A stretch of 64,000 nucleotides of DNA from Hydrogenophaga sp. (GCF_026125825.1 NZ_JAHCKK010000015.1:629-64628); one strand, 5' to 3'. Counted from the stretch's first letter, positions 41,614 through 51,779 are shown. Numbers and translations are program-made. The notes: generated from the letters alone by a model not told the origin.

Positions 41614-42441
41614 TCATTGGTCGGCGTTTTTGCTCTCCGCGGAAGGGCTGCGCCCAATGCGGCAAAACAAGCGCTGCAACATGCTCCTGGTCTCCCCACG
41701 GGCCCGCTGCTGCGGATGGTGACCAACTCCAGGCAGCGCCGTCACTTCAAGCGGCATCAGACCGTGGCGAAACAAGGCAATCGCGCTGGGCCGCCAGCCA
41801 TATTCATCGTCATTGCCGAACAACACGGAGACCGGACAACGCACTGCGGCAAGCTCGACGCTCATGTCCCATTGAAGTGCCTGCGGGCTGGCCCAGGGCT
41901 CGTACCAGCCCCAGAACATGGTGTCGGTGTTGTCGCCATGGTGGCGACGAAGTTTTTCGCGCAAGCCGTCTTGCTCAAACGCGCGCCGCGCGACGGCCAT
42001 GGCATCCACCATGAACTGATCCACAGCCATGGTTGGCGAGCAGGCAAAAACGCCGCATACCAGCTCAGGATGCGCCGCCGCAGCCAGCACCGACATGGCT
42101 CCTCCATCACTGTGGCCGAACATCAACGCCTTGTGGATTCCAAAGTGGCGCAACACCTCGCCAAGCACCGGCCCAGCCTCTTCACGCCGGTAGCTGGGCT
42201 CGCGCCCACCCACCAGACTCTCGGATCGCCCATAACCATACCGGTCATAGGCCAGCACCGGCCAGCCGCTGGCTTCGGCCAACACCTGAGGCAGGTCTTT
42301 CCAGGTGGTGATGCAGTCCAGACCGCCATGCATCATCACGATGGTCGGCTGCCCGTTGCCCACATCACCCCAGGTGGTGGCGGCCAGCCGATGGCCTCCC
42401 GCAAACAGTTCGTGTTCCTTCATTTCGTTCTTTTTCATCAT
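41614..42441 (-). CDS. alpha/beta-fold hydrolase
   Basis: 275 aa from ATG 42441 (MMKKNEMKEHELF...). Has HGGLD and nucleophile elbow GHSDGG. The long upstream in-frame extension overlaps the ACAD gene and is spurious. Confidence 0.85.
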   Translation of the reverse strand: MMKKNEMKEHELFAGGHRLAATTWGDVGNGQPTIVMMHGGLDCITTWKDLPQVLAEASGWPVLAYDRYGYGRSESLVGGREPSYRREEAGPVLGEVLRHFGIHKALMFGHSDGGAMSVLAAAAHPELVCGVFACSPTMAVDQFMVDAMAVARRAFEQDGLREKLRRHHGDNTDTMFWGWYEPWASPQALQWDMSVELAAVRCPVSVLFGNDDEYGWRPSAIALFRHGLMPLEVTALPGVGHHPQQRARGETRSMLQRLFCRIGRSPSAESKNADQ

Positions 42442-42485
42442 GTCAATCTGCCTCCGGGTTGGGCATTGCAGAGGATCCACACAGC

Positions 42486-43718
42486 CTACAGGTCGGCCTG
42501 TCCAGTCAGCAGTTGGCGCGCGACGGTGCGGCGCTGGATTTCGCCCGTACCGTCGGGTATGCGCATCACGCGGGCGAAGCGGTAGCCCTCTTCCAGGCGC
42601 AGTTCGTTGGTCAGGCCCATGCCGCCGTGGATCTGGATGCTGCGGTCCATCACGCGCCCCAGCATCTCGGTCGAAAATGCCTTGACCATACTGACCTGTG
42701 CGTTGGCTGAGCGGCCGCTGTCCAGGCGCCAGGCACAGTTCTGGATCATGGTCTTGGCAGCGTAGATGTCCATCGCGCTGTCGGCCAGCATGAGCTGGAT
42801 GGCCTGGTGCTCGGCAATGGGCACGCCAAAGGTTTTTCGCACCTTGGCGTAGTCCACCGCCTGGTCCAGCGCCCAGCGGGCCAAGCCCAGGCAGGATGCA
42901 GCCATGCCCATGCGCCCGGCGTTGACGCCGTCCATGGCCACCGCCAAGCCGTGCCCGACGTCGCCGAGCCGGTGGTCGTCGCGCACACGCACGCCGTCGA
43001 GCACGATGACGCCGGTGTCGCCGCCTAGGTGACCCATGGTGTTGATGATGCGCGGCACTGAAAAACCTGACGCGCGCGTGTCGACGAAGAAACCGGTGAC
43101 ACCACCCTTGTGGCGCGCTGCGGCTTCGGGGTCGGTCAGCGCGAACACCATGGCGTAATCGGCGTAGGGCGAGTTGGTTATCCACTGCTTGGTGCCGGTG
43201 AGCACCCATTCGTCACCGTCGCGCACGGCGCGGGTTTGCATGCCGAATACATCGGAGCCCGCATCGGGCTCGCTCAGACCAAAACACAGGGTCTTGTCGC
43301 CGCTGGCGATGTCGTCGCGGTACTGCGCGAAGATGTCCGGCTTCAGATGCCGCAGCACAGGCGACAGACCGTTGGTGAAGGGCGAGGGCAGCACCACCGT
43401 CTGCACCAGCGGCTGGGCCGGACCCACGCAGTGGTTGAGGCTCTCCTGCACATGGGCCATGACCTGCGCGCCCTGCCCGCCACCACCCAGTTTTTCGTCG
43501 CCGAACAAGGTGTAGAAGCCCAGTTCCGCGGAGCGCTTGCGCACCTGCTGGCGCAGCGCCAGCGCCTCGGGCACATAACGGCCGCTGGCGTCGAACAAAG
43601 TGCGTTCGCTGCCCAGCAGATCGTGGTGGCGCTGCTGCAGTGGCAGCACTTCGCGCTCCACGAAGCGCAGCACTGCCTCGGCAATCGCCACGGTATCGGG
43701 ATCGATGGTGAAGTCCAT
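42486..43718 (-). CDS. acyl-CoA dehydrogenase
   Basis: 410 aa. Has GLSEPDAGSD, WITNSPYAD and C-terminal IPDGTGEIQRRTVA. Confidence 0.9.
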   Translation of the reverse strand: MDFTIDPDTVAIAEAVLRFVEREVLPLQQRHHDLLGSERTLFDASGRYVPEALALRQQVRKRSAELGFYTLFGDEKLGGGGQGAQVMAHVQESLNHCVGPAQPLVQTVVLPSPFTNGLSPVLRHLKPDIFAQYRDDIASGDKTLCFGLSEPDAGSDVFGMQTRAVRDGDEWVLTGTKQWITNSPYADYAMVFALTDPEAAARHKGGVTGFFVDTRASGFSVPRIINTMGHLGGDTGVIVLDGVRVRDDHRLGDVGHGLAVAMDGVNAGRMGMAASCLGLARWALDQAVDYAKVRKTFGVPIAEHQAIQLMLADSAMDIYAAKTMIQNCAWRLDSGRSANAQVSMVKAFSTEMLGRVMDRSIQIHGGMGLTNELRLEEGYRFARVMRIPDGTGEIQRRTVARQLLTGQADL

Positions 43719-43734
43719 ATGGGAAACCTCGGCG

Positions 43735-44136
43735 CTACAACAGCCGGAACTTCGGCAGCGTGACCTCGTCGGTCACGTCGTCGTACTGCACCGTCACACG
43801 CTGGCCGATGCGCACCGCCTCCACATCGTCGGTGACGATGTTGGTCATCATGCGCGCGCCCTCGTCGAGGTCGATCACCGCCACCACGTAGGGGGTGTCG
43901 GCCTTGAAGGCCGGACCGGCCGGCCGGCGCGCGATGGTGTAGCTGTAAATGGTGCCGGTGCCGCGCGCATCGACCCATTCGACGGCGTCGGAATGGCAGT
44001 GCGGGCACAGGACGCGCGGATAGAAATGGTGCTTGCCACAGTCATGGCAGCGCTTGAGTGTCAGGCGATGTTGTTTCAGGGCGTCCCAATAGGAGCGGCT
44101 CTCGCCATCGATGACGGGCAGGGGTTTGTCGTACAT
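43735..44136 (-). CDS. Zn-ribbon / OB-fold protein (DUF35 family)
   Basis: 133 aa from ATG 44136. Has CHDCGKHHFYPRVLCPHC and GTIYSYT. Confidence 0.85.
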   Translation of the reverse strand: MYDKPLPVIDGESRSYWDALKQHRLTLKRCHDCGKHHFYPRVLCPHCHSDAVEWVDARGTGTIYSYTIARRPAGPAFKADTPYVVAVIDLDEGARMMTNIVTDDVEAVRIGQRVTVQYDDVTDEVTLPKFRLL

Positions 44137-44141
44137 GGTGT

Positions 44142-45311
44142 TCACCGGGTGGAGAGAATGCAAGTGGCACCGCTGGAGAGCGTGCCGCCGGTGCCGTGGA
44201 CCAGCGCGGTCACGGCGTCCTGGATCTGGCGCGGGCCGCATTCACCGCGCAACTGGCGCACCGCCTCGATCAGCAGGAAGATGCCGTACATGCCGGGGTG
44301 TGCGTAAGACAGACCGCCGCCGTTGGTGTTAAGCGGGAATACACCGCCCGGCGCGGTGCGCTGGTTGGCGACAAAGGCTCCACCCTCGCCACGCTTGCAA
44401 AAGCCCAGCGCTTCGAGCGTCAGCAGCACGGTGATGGTGAACGAGTCATAGACCTCAACCACGTCAATGGCGTCATGCCGGATGCCCGCCATGGCAAAGG
44501 CGTCCCGACCGGCCACTTCGGCGGCCGTCAGGCGCGCTAGGTCGGGCATGGCGGCGATGGTCCAGTGGGTGTGTGATTCGCCGTAACCGCGCACGAACAC
44601 CGGCTTGCGACCGAGCGCCTTGGCGTGCTCGGCGGTGGTCATGACCAACGCGCCACCACCGTCGGTGACCAGACAGATATCGAGCAGGTGCAGCGGGTCG
44701 GAGATCATCGTGCTCTGGAGCACATCCTCGATCGACAGCGGCTCGCGCATGGTGGCCGCCGGATTGAGCGCCGCCCACTTGCGCGTGGCCACCGCGATCT
44801 CGGCCAGGTTCTCGGAGGTGGTGCCATATTCGTGCATGTGGCGCTTGGCCGCCATCGCATAGCCGCCCACCGGCGTGGGCATGCCCCAAGGCGTCTCGTA
44901 CTGCATGGTCAGCACCGCCGGGCGCCCGGCGAGGTTGCGGCTCATCTCGCTCTTCTGCAGGCTACCGTAAGTGATCAGCGCCACCTCGCAGCGGCCAGCC
45001 TCGATGGCGGTGGCGGCATGCGCCACATGCGCCTCGAAGGCCGAGCCGCCGATGTTGGTGCCGTCGACGAAGCGCGGCGTAATCCCCAGGTACTCCGACA
45101 GCGTCACGGTCGGCAACTGGCCCGGACCGGGCACCCCCCACATACCGGCGGTCAGCAACCCATCGACTTCGTGCATGGCGATGCCGGCGTCCTTCAAGGC
45201 GTCGCGGGCGACCAGCGCCTGGGCCTGCAGGACCGACATGGGCGCAAGGACCTTGCCGTCCTTCAGTGGCAGGTCGGCAACGCCGACGATCACAGCTTCT
45301 CGTTTTGTCAT
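44142..45311 (-). CDS. thiolase-like protein (SCP-x / lipid-transfer type)
   Basis: 389 aa. Co-linear with 3368-4582 (C-terminal NTNGGGLSYAHPGMYGIFLLIEAVRQLRGE). Lies immediately upstream of its DUF35 partner. Confidence 0.85.
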   Translation of the reverse strand: MTKREAVIVGVADLPLKDGKVLAPMSVLQAQALVARDALKDAGIAMHEVDGLLTAGMWGVPGPGQLPTVTLSEYLGITPRFVDGTNIGGSAFEAHVAHAATAIEAGRCEVALITYGSLQKSEMSRNLAGRPAVLTMQYETPWGMPTPVGGYAMAAKRHMHEYGTTSENLAEIAVATRKWAALNPAATMREPLSIEDVLQSTMISDPLHLLDICLVTDGGGALVMTTAEHAKALGRKPVFVRGYGESHTHWTIAAMPDLARLTAAEVAGRDAFAMAGIRHDAIDVVEVYDSFTITVLLTLEALGFCKRGEGGAFVANQRTAPGGVFPLNTNGGGLSYAHPGMYGIFLLIEAVRQLRGECGPRQIQDAVTALVHGTGGTLSSGATCILSTR

Positions 45312-45433
45312 AGTTGGAAGTTTCCTAGTGTTGAATATCCCGGTCCACCCGGTCTGTACTGTTGATCCGGCCCTTTGACGTCGCGAGTCGTAGACGGGCT
45401 GCCACAGGCAAACGACTCACGAAAGTTCAAAAT

Positions 45434-45916
45434 TCATGGAGCCGGAGCAGCAGGCAAAAAAGTAATGGTTTCAGTGAAGTCGGCAATGGTCTCGCCACGC
45501 TGATTGATCACCAAATGTTGCAACTCCATCAGGGTGTAGCCGCGCGAGGTCGTGGGGAGCAACCGGGCCTCCCCTTCGACATGAATGGTGTCGCCCGGAA
45601 ACAGCGCACCGCGCAGGCGCGCCTGTACGCCGGTCATACCGCCGAACGGGCCGACTTCGTGGCCTTTGAGCGTGCCCTTGATGATGCCCGCCACGTAAGT
45701 CGCCAGCAGCCCCATGCCTAGCGAGATGACCATCGGGCCGGGCGCAAAGCGGCTGCGATGCGATCCGGTCATGTTCTCCCGGATGTACTCCATGTCGATG
45801 AAAAATGGTTCATGCAAGCCGACCACATTGACGAAGGTGACGATGTCGGTTTCGCTGATGGTGCGCCGGTGCGTCTTGAAATGATGCGACTTGGCACTGT
45901 CGGTCAGCTTGGTCAT
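45434..45916 (-). CDS. MaoC-like (R)-specific enoyl-CoA hydratase / hot-dog dehydratase
   Basis: 160 aa. MaoC dehydratase pattern (TISETDIVTFVNVVGLHEPFFID...). Confidence 0.8.
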   Translation of the reverse strand: MTKLTDSAKSHHFKTHRRTISETDIVTFVNVVGLHEPFFIDMEYIRENMTGSHRSRFAPGPMVISLGMGLLATYVAGIIKGTLKGHEVGPFGGMTGVQARLRGALFPGDTIHVEGEARLLPTTSRGYTLMELQHLVINQRGETIADFTETITFLPAAPAP

Positions 45917-46046
45917 TTTGAAGTCCGGTGATGGATGGGGGGTGGTGATGGATGAAAGTGGTCCTCTGCGGGCAATCCCTCGATCGGCCTGTCCCGCTGT
46001 TTTGACAAAGTCGGGTTTTTATGTATCCAGCGCCGGAGAACAGCGG

Positions 46047-46856
46047 ATGAACCCAGCACCCTTGACTGGCGGTCCACTTCAGGGCCAGATCGCCCTCGTC
46101 ACCGGTGCCACGGCCTTCATCGGTCGTGCCATAGCGCTGGAGTTGGCGCGGCGCGGCGCGCACGTGGTCGTCAACGGCCGCAATCCCGAAGCCGGGCAGG
46201 CGGTGATCAACGAGATCGCTGCGAACGGCTACAGCGCCACGTTTGAACAAGCCGACCTGACCAATAGCGATGCGGTTCATGCCATGGTGGATCGAGTTGC
46301 CGAGCGCCACGGTCGCCTTGACATCCTGGTGGCCAGCGGCGCAGATGCCAGTGCCGACTTGCCGTTCTTTCGCCTTTTCAAGGAAATGCGCGACGGCGGC
46401 TTCGACAACTACATCCGCGCCCACTGGCTCACCCGCGTGTATGCGATCCAGGCGGCCGCCCGCGTCATGGCACTGCACGGTCGCGGCAAGATCGTCGCGG
46501 TGGGTACCGCCGCGGGCCGCGTGGCCACGGTCGGCGAATCTTTCATTGGCGGTGCCACAGGCGGCATGATGCAAATGTGCCGCGTGCTGGCACGTGAACA
46601 GGGGCGCGACGGCATTCGCGTCAACGCGGTGGCGATGAGCTACATCTGGGATGCCGAGCCGCGCTGGGGTCCGGGCTCGCCAGCGCTCGAAGACGGCCAT
46701 GGTGCGGGCATGATCGAGAACCCGCGCAAGCGCATGCTGTTTCCAGTGCATTGCCAGAACATCGCCAACTCGGCGGCGTTCTTGGCCGGACCGGAGTCCG
46801 ATGCCATCACCGGCCAGACGCTCAGCGTCAACGGCGGTTTGAGCACACCGGGCTGA
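46047..46856 (+). CDS. short-chain dehydrogenase/reductase (SDR)
   Basis: 269 aa from ATG 46047. Has TGATAFIGRAIA and C-terminal ITGQTLSVNGG. Confidence 0.85.
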   Translation: MNPAPLTGGPLQGQIALVTGATAFIGRAIALELARRGAHVVVNGRNPEAGQAVINEIAANGYSATFEQADLTNSDAVHAMVDRVAERHGRLDILVASGADASADLPFFRLFKEMRDGGFDNYIRAHWLTRVYAIQAAARVMALHGRGKIVAVGTAAGRVATVGESFIGGATGGMMQMCRVLAREQGRDGIRVNAVAMSYIWDAEPRWGPGSPALEDGHGAGMIENPRKRMLFPVHCQNIANSAAFLAGPESDAITGQTLSVNGGLSTPG

Positions 46857-46864
46857 CATGGCCA

Positions 46865-48379
46865 TCAGGCGCCACCGTGCGCGGCCTTGACGGCCGCGCG
46901 GTCAATGCTATCGGCACCGCCCAAGGGGAGTGCCGATACAAACACCACGTGCTTGGGTTTTTTGTAGCGTGCGATGCGACCGCCCACAAACTCGATCAAC
47001 TCCTCGGCGCTCAGCGTGCACCCCGCCTTCAGCACGCAGACAGCCTTGACCGCCTCGCCCCACTGAACGTCCGGCACACCGAGGACCACCACCTGCGCCA
47101 GCGCCGGGTGCTCCATAATGACCCGCTCGACTTCAGCCGGATAAACGTTCTCGCCCCCCGGCTTGATCAACTCCTTGGCCGGTGAACGCCCGCTGTACCA
47201 GAGGTAGCCCTCGGCATCGACGCGCCCCATGTCGCCCGTGTGGTGCCAGCCGTTGCGCAGCGTGAAGGCGTTGTCTGCTTCACAGCGCCAGTAGCCCTGG
47301 AACACCATCGGCCCCCGCACCACAATTTCGCCGGTGGCGCCTGTGGGCAACGGGCGGTCCAGTTCGTCCACCACCGCGACCATGTTCAGCGCGGTGGGAC
47401 GCCCGGCGCTGCCGGGGCGCTCGTCAAATGGCGCCAGGCTGACCGAGCCCGAGGTCTCGGTCTGGCCGTAGGCACTCCAGAAGGTCGCCTGGGGACAGGT
47501 GGTGCGCAAGCGCGCGATGGTCTCGGGCACATCGATCCCCGACACCACGCGCAACCTGGCCAGTGAAGAGCCTTGGGCGGCTGCGGCGTCCAGCAGGGCA
47601 CCCAGCATCGGTGGAAAGGTGCCGATCAGGCTGCCCCCGTCCTCGTCGATATGTTTGACCAGACTGGGCGGATCGAAACGTGTCAACAGCAGCGTCGCCC
47701 CGCCCGCCTGCTGCGTGGCCAGCATGAAGCCGATGGCGGCCACGTGAAACAGCGGCAAAACGCCCAGATTGACGTCCGTCGGCGTCAGGTGCCAGGCCAG
47801 TTGCGTCTGCAGGCTGGCGGCAATCAGGCCGCGGTGCGAGAGCAGCGCGCCGCGCGGCCGACCGCCCACGGCGGCGGTGTGGATGATGAGCAAACCGCTG
47901 TCGTCGGCCAGACCGGGCAGATCCGCCGCCTGCGTATCGCACTCCCGATACAGCTCACTGACGGGTTGCCATGGCGCTGGCGCGGCGCCCAGCGTGTAGC
48001 GCAGCGTGTCGTCCAAACCGCGCTGCGGCAGCAGGGCCTGGAATTCATCGGCCACGATCAGCACCCGCGGTGCCACGTCCTCGATGACATAGGCGACCTC
48101 CTCGGCCGACAGCCGCCAGTTGATCGGCACCACGATCGCGCCCAACTGGGCTGCGGCGCCGAACAGATCGACGTATTCCAGGCAGTTGGGGGCCAGTATC
48201 GCCAGCCGGTCACCCTGGCCCACGCCTGCGTCCGCCAGACCGGCTGCCAGGCGCGCTGTGCGCCCGGCGTACTGGGCGTGCGTGATCCGCTGATTGCCGA
48301 ACACCAGAGCGGTGTTCGATCCGTACAACCGCGCGTTGCGGTTGATGAGATCGTGCAGCGTAAAAGATCGCAAACTCAT
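46865..48379 (-). CDS. AMP-dependent acyl-CoA synthetase/ligase
   Basis: 504 aa. Has AMP-binding motifs (IIHTAAVGGRPRGALLSHRG, YGQTETSG, TGDMGRVDAEGYLWYSGR). Confidence 0.9.
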   Translation of the reverse strand: MSLRSFTLHDLINRNARLYGSNTALVFGNQRITHAQYAGRTARLAAGLADAGVGQGDRLAILAPNCLEYVDLFGAAAQLGAIVVPINWRLSAEEVAYVIEDVAPRVLIVADEFQALLPQRGLDDTLRYTLGAAPAPWQPVSELYRECDTQAADLPGLADDSGLLIIHTAAVGGRPRGALLSHRGLIAASLQTQLAWHLTPTDVNLGVLPLFHVAAIGFMLATQQAGGATLLLTRFDPPSLVKHIDEDGGSLIGTFPPMLGALLDAAAAQGSSLARLRVVSGIDVPETIARLRTTCPQATFWSAYGQTETSGSVSLAPFDERPGSAGRPTALNMVAVVDELDRPLPTGATGEIVVRGPMVFQGYWRCEADNAFTLRNGWHHTGDMGRVDAEGYLWYSGRSPAKELIKPGGENVYPAEVERVIMEHPALAQVVVLGVPDVQWGEAVKAVCVLKAGCTLSAEELIEFVGGRIARYKKPKHVVFVSALPLGGADSIDRAAVKAAHGGA

Positions 48380-48393
48380 TTCAGGCTCCTGGT

Positions 48394-49260
48394 TCAGATT
48401 TCACCCGACGGGGACTGTGTCGACGGCATCACTTCGTGCAGAAACGCCGCCACGCTGGCGGCGAAGGCGTCGTTGGCATCACCAGCGATCATGTGACCAG
48501 CACCCTTCAGATCGATAAAACGCGCCCGCGGCAGGGTTTGCACCAGGGCGCGCGCATCTTCTTCGCTGATGACGTCGCTGCGCTGGCCGCGCAGCAGCAA
48601 AGTGGGCGCCTGCAGGCCGCGCAAAGCGCGCTCGTAGCCGTCCGCATCGCGCCGGTGGTTGTGGTTGGCCTCGCTCATCAGTTGCGGGTCCCAATGCCAA
48701 TTCCAGAGACCTTGCGCATTCATGCGCAGGTTTTTCTTCAGCCCCTCAACCGGTCGTTCCATGGGTCGGCCCCGGTAGGCGGCGATATGCTGGGCGGCCT
48801 CTTCAAGTGACGCAAAACCATCGGGCCGAGCCCGCATGAAGCGCACGATGCGCTCGACACCGACTTCTTCCATGCGCGGCGCAATGTCCACCAGCACCAG
48901 CGCGTTGATCGGCGGCGCATCGGCGCGGCCCACGGTGGCCATGCTGATGAGGCCACCCAGCGAGGCACCGACCACCGCCAGCGGTGTGCCCAGTTCGCGC
49001 CAGATGCAGCACATGGTGTCGGCCAGCGTCTCGATGCGGTAATCGCCATCCTTGGCCCAGGCACTGTCGCCGTGGCCCGGCAAGTCCAGCGCCACGGTGT
49101 ACCAACCCGCATCGCCCAGCACCTGTGCCGCCTTGCCCCATGCATGGCGGGTTTGCCCGCCACCGTGCAGCAGCAACACCGTGGGCGCGCCGACTGGGCC
49201 ATAGACGTCGGCCACCAGAGAGCCACCGGCAAAGCCGGGAAATTCCCGGCGCGTCGTCAT
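48394..49260 (-). CDS. alpha/beta-fold hydrolase
   Basis: 288 aa from ATG 49260. Has LLLHGGGQTRHAW and nucleophile elbow GASLGG. Confidence 0.85.
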   Translation of the reverse strand: MTTRREFPGFAGGSLVADVYGPVGAPTVLLLHGGGQTRHAWGKAAQVLGDAGWYTVALDLPGHGDSAWAKDGDYRIETLADTMCCIWRELGTPLAVVGASLGGLISMATVGRADAPPINALVLVDIAPRMEEVGVERIVRFMRARPDGFASLEEAAQHIAAYRGRPMERPVEGLKKNLRMNAQGLWNWHWDPQLMSEANHNHRRDADGYERALRGLQAPTLLLRGQRSDVISEEDARALVQTLPRARFIDLKGAGHMIAGDANDAFAASVAAFLHEVMPSTQSPSGEI

Positions 49261-49964
49261 GATGACGGCCCCACTTCCTGCGCGAAGTCGGCCCCGCTGT
49301 CCGCGGTCTGTCCCCAGTCGGCGAAGGTTTTGTAATGTGCGCGCCAAGAGGCCAGCAGTTCATCGCGCGGCAAGTCGGCGTAAGTGCCGTGGTCGTGCAC
49401 ATACTCCATGTGCCTGCGGCCGCTGACATCGAATTCATGAAAGACCGAATCGGCGCGGCCATCGAATTCCAGTGGATGGATACCGGCCTTCTCGCACAAG
49501 GAGCGGTTGAAGGCGGGCGTGGCCTTGAGCCACTGCCCGTCAACCCACAGCTCGGTGTAACCGTGAAAGACGAACAGATCGGTGCCCATCATGTCTTGCA
49601 GGCGCTTGCTGCTCAGGTGGTTGCGAACGTCGGCATAGCCCAGCCGTGCCGGCACGCCCAGGACGCGGGCTGCCGCTGCCAGCAGCGCCGCCTTGGGCAC
49701 GCAAAAGCCACGCCCGGCCTCGATCACGCGACTGCCCTTCAAACCCTCGACCGTGGTGTCAAAGCAGTAGGGGTCGTAGAGAAACTCGTCACGCACGGCG
49801 TAATAGAGCTTGACTGCGATCTCGCGCGGCGCCATGGCAGGGTCGGCCACCCGGTGCGCGAACGCGATCACCGCCGAGTGATCGCTGTCCACGTAGCGGC
49901 CGGGCGCGAGATAAGCCGACGGATCGTTCGAAGGGGTGATTGGGGTTTGCATAGTCACTTCCAT
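49257..49964 (-). CDS. transglutaminase-like (papain-fold Cys-His-Asp) domain protein
   Basis: 235 aa. Has GRGFCVPKAALLAAAARVLGVPAR (Cys) and FHGYTELWVDGQW (His/Asp region). ATGA overlap with the downstream hydrolase. Confidence 0.75.
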   Translation of the reverse strand: MEVTMQTPITPSNDPSAYLAPGRYVDSDHSAVIAFAHRVADPAMAPREIAVKLYYAVRDEFLYDPYCFDTTVEGLKGSRVIEAGRGFCVPKAALLAAAARVLGVPARLGYADVRNHLSSKRLQDMMGTDLFVFHGYTELWVDGQWLKATPAFNRSLCEKAGIHPLEFDGRADSVFHEFDVSGRRHMEYVHDHGTYADLPRDELLASWRAHYKTFADWGQTADSGADFAQEVGPSS

Positions 49965-49965
49965 G

Positions 49966-50856
49966 TCATTGATCCTTGACGCTCAGGCACTTTGGCGGTT
50001 CGGCCAGCGCAAAGCCATTGAAGGGTTTGGATCGATCATGAGCCTGCAATTTCCAGGTCGGTCGGGCATTGGGCACGCCACCATCGACCCGAATGCAAGA
50101 ACCCGTGATGAAAGCCGCCGCCTCGCACAGCAAAAACACAATCGCCGCCGAAATCTCGGCCTCGGTGCCATAGCGTTGCAGCGGCACCTTGGTCTTCAGG
50201 CTGCGCAGTTCGGCCTGCATCTCGGGGCTGTAGGTATCAAAGCCGCTGCTGGCAATCCAGCCCGGTGCCACGGCGTTGACACGCACGCCGGCGCAGGCCC
50301 ATTCGCAAGCCGCCGTCTCGGTGAACGACAGCATGCCGGCACGCGCCGCACCGCTGTGCGCCATGGTCGGCATGCCGCCCCAGATGTCGGCGATGATGTT
50401 GACAATGGCGCCGCCATGGAACTCCATGGACTGGTTGAAGGCTTCGCGCGCCACCAGGAAGCCGCCGGTGAGGTTGCTGCGCACCACCGCATCCCAGCCC
50501 TTCAGGCTGATGTCCTTGACCGGCTGCGGGTACTGGCCACCCGCGTTGTTGACGAGACCATCGATCTTGCCGTGCTGTGCGATCACGTCGGCGATCATGG
50601 CCTTGACGCCCGCCTCGTCGCGAATGTCGCAAGCGTGGATACTGGCCCGGCCGCCGGCCTGCGTGATTTCAGCTTGCACAGCTTCCAGCTTCTCGACGCG
50701 GCGACCGACAAGCGCGACGCTGGCCCCTAGGTTGGCCAGTTCGTGCGCGGTGCAGCGGCCAATGCCACTGCCACCACCGGTGACGATAACGGTTTGACCA
50801 ACAAACAGGCCAGGGCGGAACACGGAACGGTAGGTAGATTGAGACATGATGGACAT
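49966..50856 (-). CDS. short-chain dehydrogenase/reductase (enoyl/dienoyl-CoA-reductase-like SDR)
   Basis: 296 aa. Has TGGGSGIGR and NNAGG. C-terminal extension. Confidence 0.85.
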   Translation of the reverse strand: MSIMSQSTYRSVFRPGLFVGQTVIVTGGGSGIGRCTAHELANLGASVALVGRRVEKLEAVQAEITQAGGRASIHACDIRDEAGVKAMIADVIAQHGKIDGLVNNAGGQYPQPVKDISLKGWDAVVRSNLTGGFLVAREAFNQSMEFHGGAIVNIIADIWGGMPTMAHSGAARAGMLSFTETAACEWACAGVRVNAVAPGWIASSGFDTYSPEMQAELRSLKTKVPLQRYGTEAEISAAIVFLLCEAAAFITGSCIRVDGGVPNARPTWKLQAHDRSKPFNGFALAEPPKCLSVKDQ

Positions 50857-50871
50857 TTCCTTTCTGCACCC

Positions 50872-51306
50872 TCAGGCTCGCAGCATGAAATTGCCGTGGC
50901 CAAGGGCGATGGGCTTATCGGGGCTGGATTGCCATGCCTGGATGCGCAGGTTCGCCACACGCTGGCCCAGCTTGACCATCACGACGTTGGCATAGGTGTC
51001 CTGCGGACGGCCCGAGCGCAGGTAATCAATGTTGAAATCGATGGTCTTGGGCAAGTCCCGGCTGTCCATGTGCCACAGCAGGTAGAACAATCCGGCGCAT
51101 TCCAGAAACCCTCCGGTGGCACCGCCATGCAGAGCCGGCAGCATGGGGTTGCCTATCAGTTTTTCCTGGAAAGGCAAGACGCAGGTGAACTCCTCGCCCT
51201 TGACATCAATGCGCAGGTCCAGAAAACGCGCAAAGGGCACCGCCTGGATCACTTCGCTCCAGTCACCCTGGGCGCGCGCATGGTCAATTTGTTCGGTCCA
51301 TTTCAT
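50872..51306 (-). CDS. PaaI/hot-dog-fold thioesterase family protein
   Basis: 144 aa from ATG 51306 (MKWTEQ...). Has NPMLPALHGGATGGFLECAG. Confidence 0.8.
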   Translation of the reverse strand: MKWTEQIDHARAQGDWSEVIQAVPFARFLDLRIDVKGEEFTCVLPFQEKLIGNPMLPALHGGATGGFLECAGLFYLLWHMDSRDLPKTIDFNIDYLRSGRPQDTYANVVMVKLGQRVANLRIQAWQSSPDKPIALGHGNFMLRA

Positions 51307-51779
51307 CGTGGCACATCCTCGTTGCGCAATACCGGTCGCCCGGAAGTAAACATGTAAATGCCGACTGCGGTGGCTATTGGGTCGTCCAACGTGTCGTGGT
51401 AAGCGGCGCCACGGACGAACGCCAGTTCTGCAGTCAACTTGTAGCAAACGGCTCCCCCCAGAATCGCCCGCCCGGGCGTCGCGGGCTTGAGGTAGTCGAT
51501 GCGCAAGTCCAGCGTGGCCATCGGCCGTATCTCCGGCAGCTTGACGAAAATCGCGAATCCGAGCGCGGCGTCGAGCAGCGCAGTGATGACTCCGCCATGC
51601 AAAACCCTGGTCTGCGGATCGCCCACCAGTGCTTCCTGGTACTCGACTTTGAGCACGCACCAGTCGGTGTGCACCGCGTGCGGCAGGAAGCCCAGTTCGC
51701 GGTTATACGGCGACACATGGGCGAACTTTTGCCATCGCTTGGCGATTTCTTCTTCTTTGATGATGTGTGTTTCTGTCAT
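51303..51779 (-). CDS. PaaI/hot-dog-fold thioesterase family protein
   Basis: 158 aa. Has GDPQTRVLHGGVITALLDAALG. ATGA overlap with the next thioesterase gene. Confidence 0.8.
   Translation of the reverse strand: MTETHIIKEEEIAKRWQKFAHVSPYNRELGFLPHAVHTDWCVLKVEYQEALVGDPQTRVLHGGVITALLDAALGFAIFVKLPEIRPMATLDLRIDYLKPATPGRAILGGAVCYKLTAELAFVRGAAYHDTLDDPIATAVGIYMFTSGRPVLRNEDVPR

Noticed and set aside
42442-43209. 256-codon N-terminal extension of the alpha/beta hydrolase ORF (track 41614-43209)
   Set aside because: The extension is Arg/His/Pro-rich and overlaps the 3' part of the ACAD gene 42486-43718 in another frame. The hydrolase domain starts at MMKKNEM (42441).
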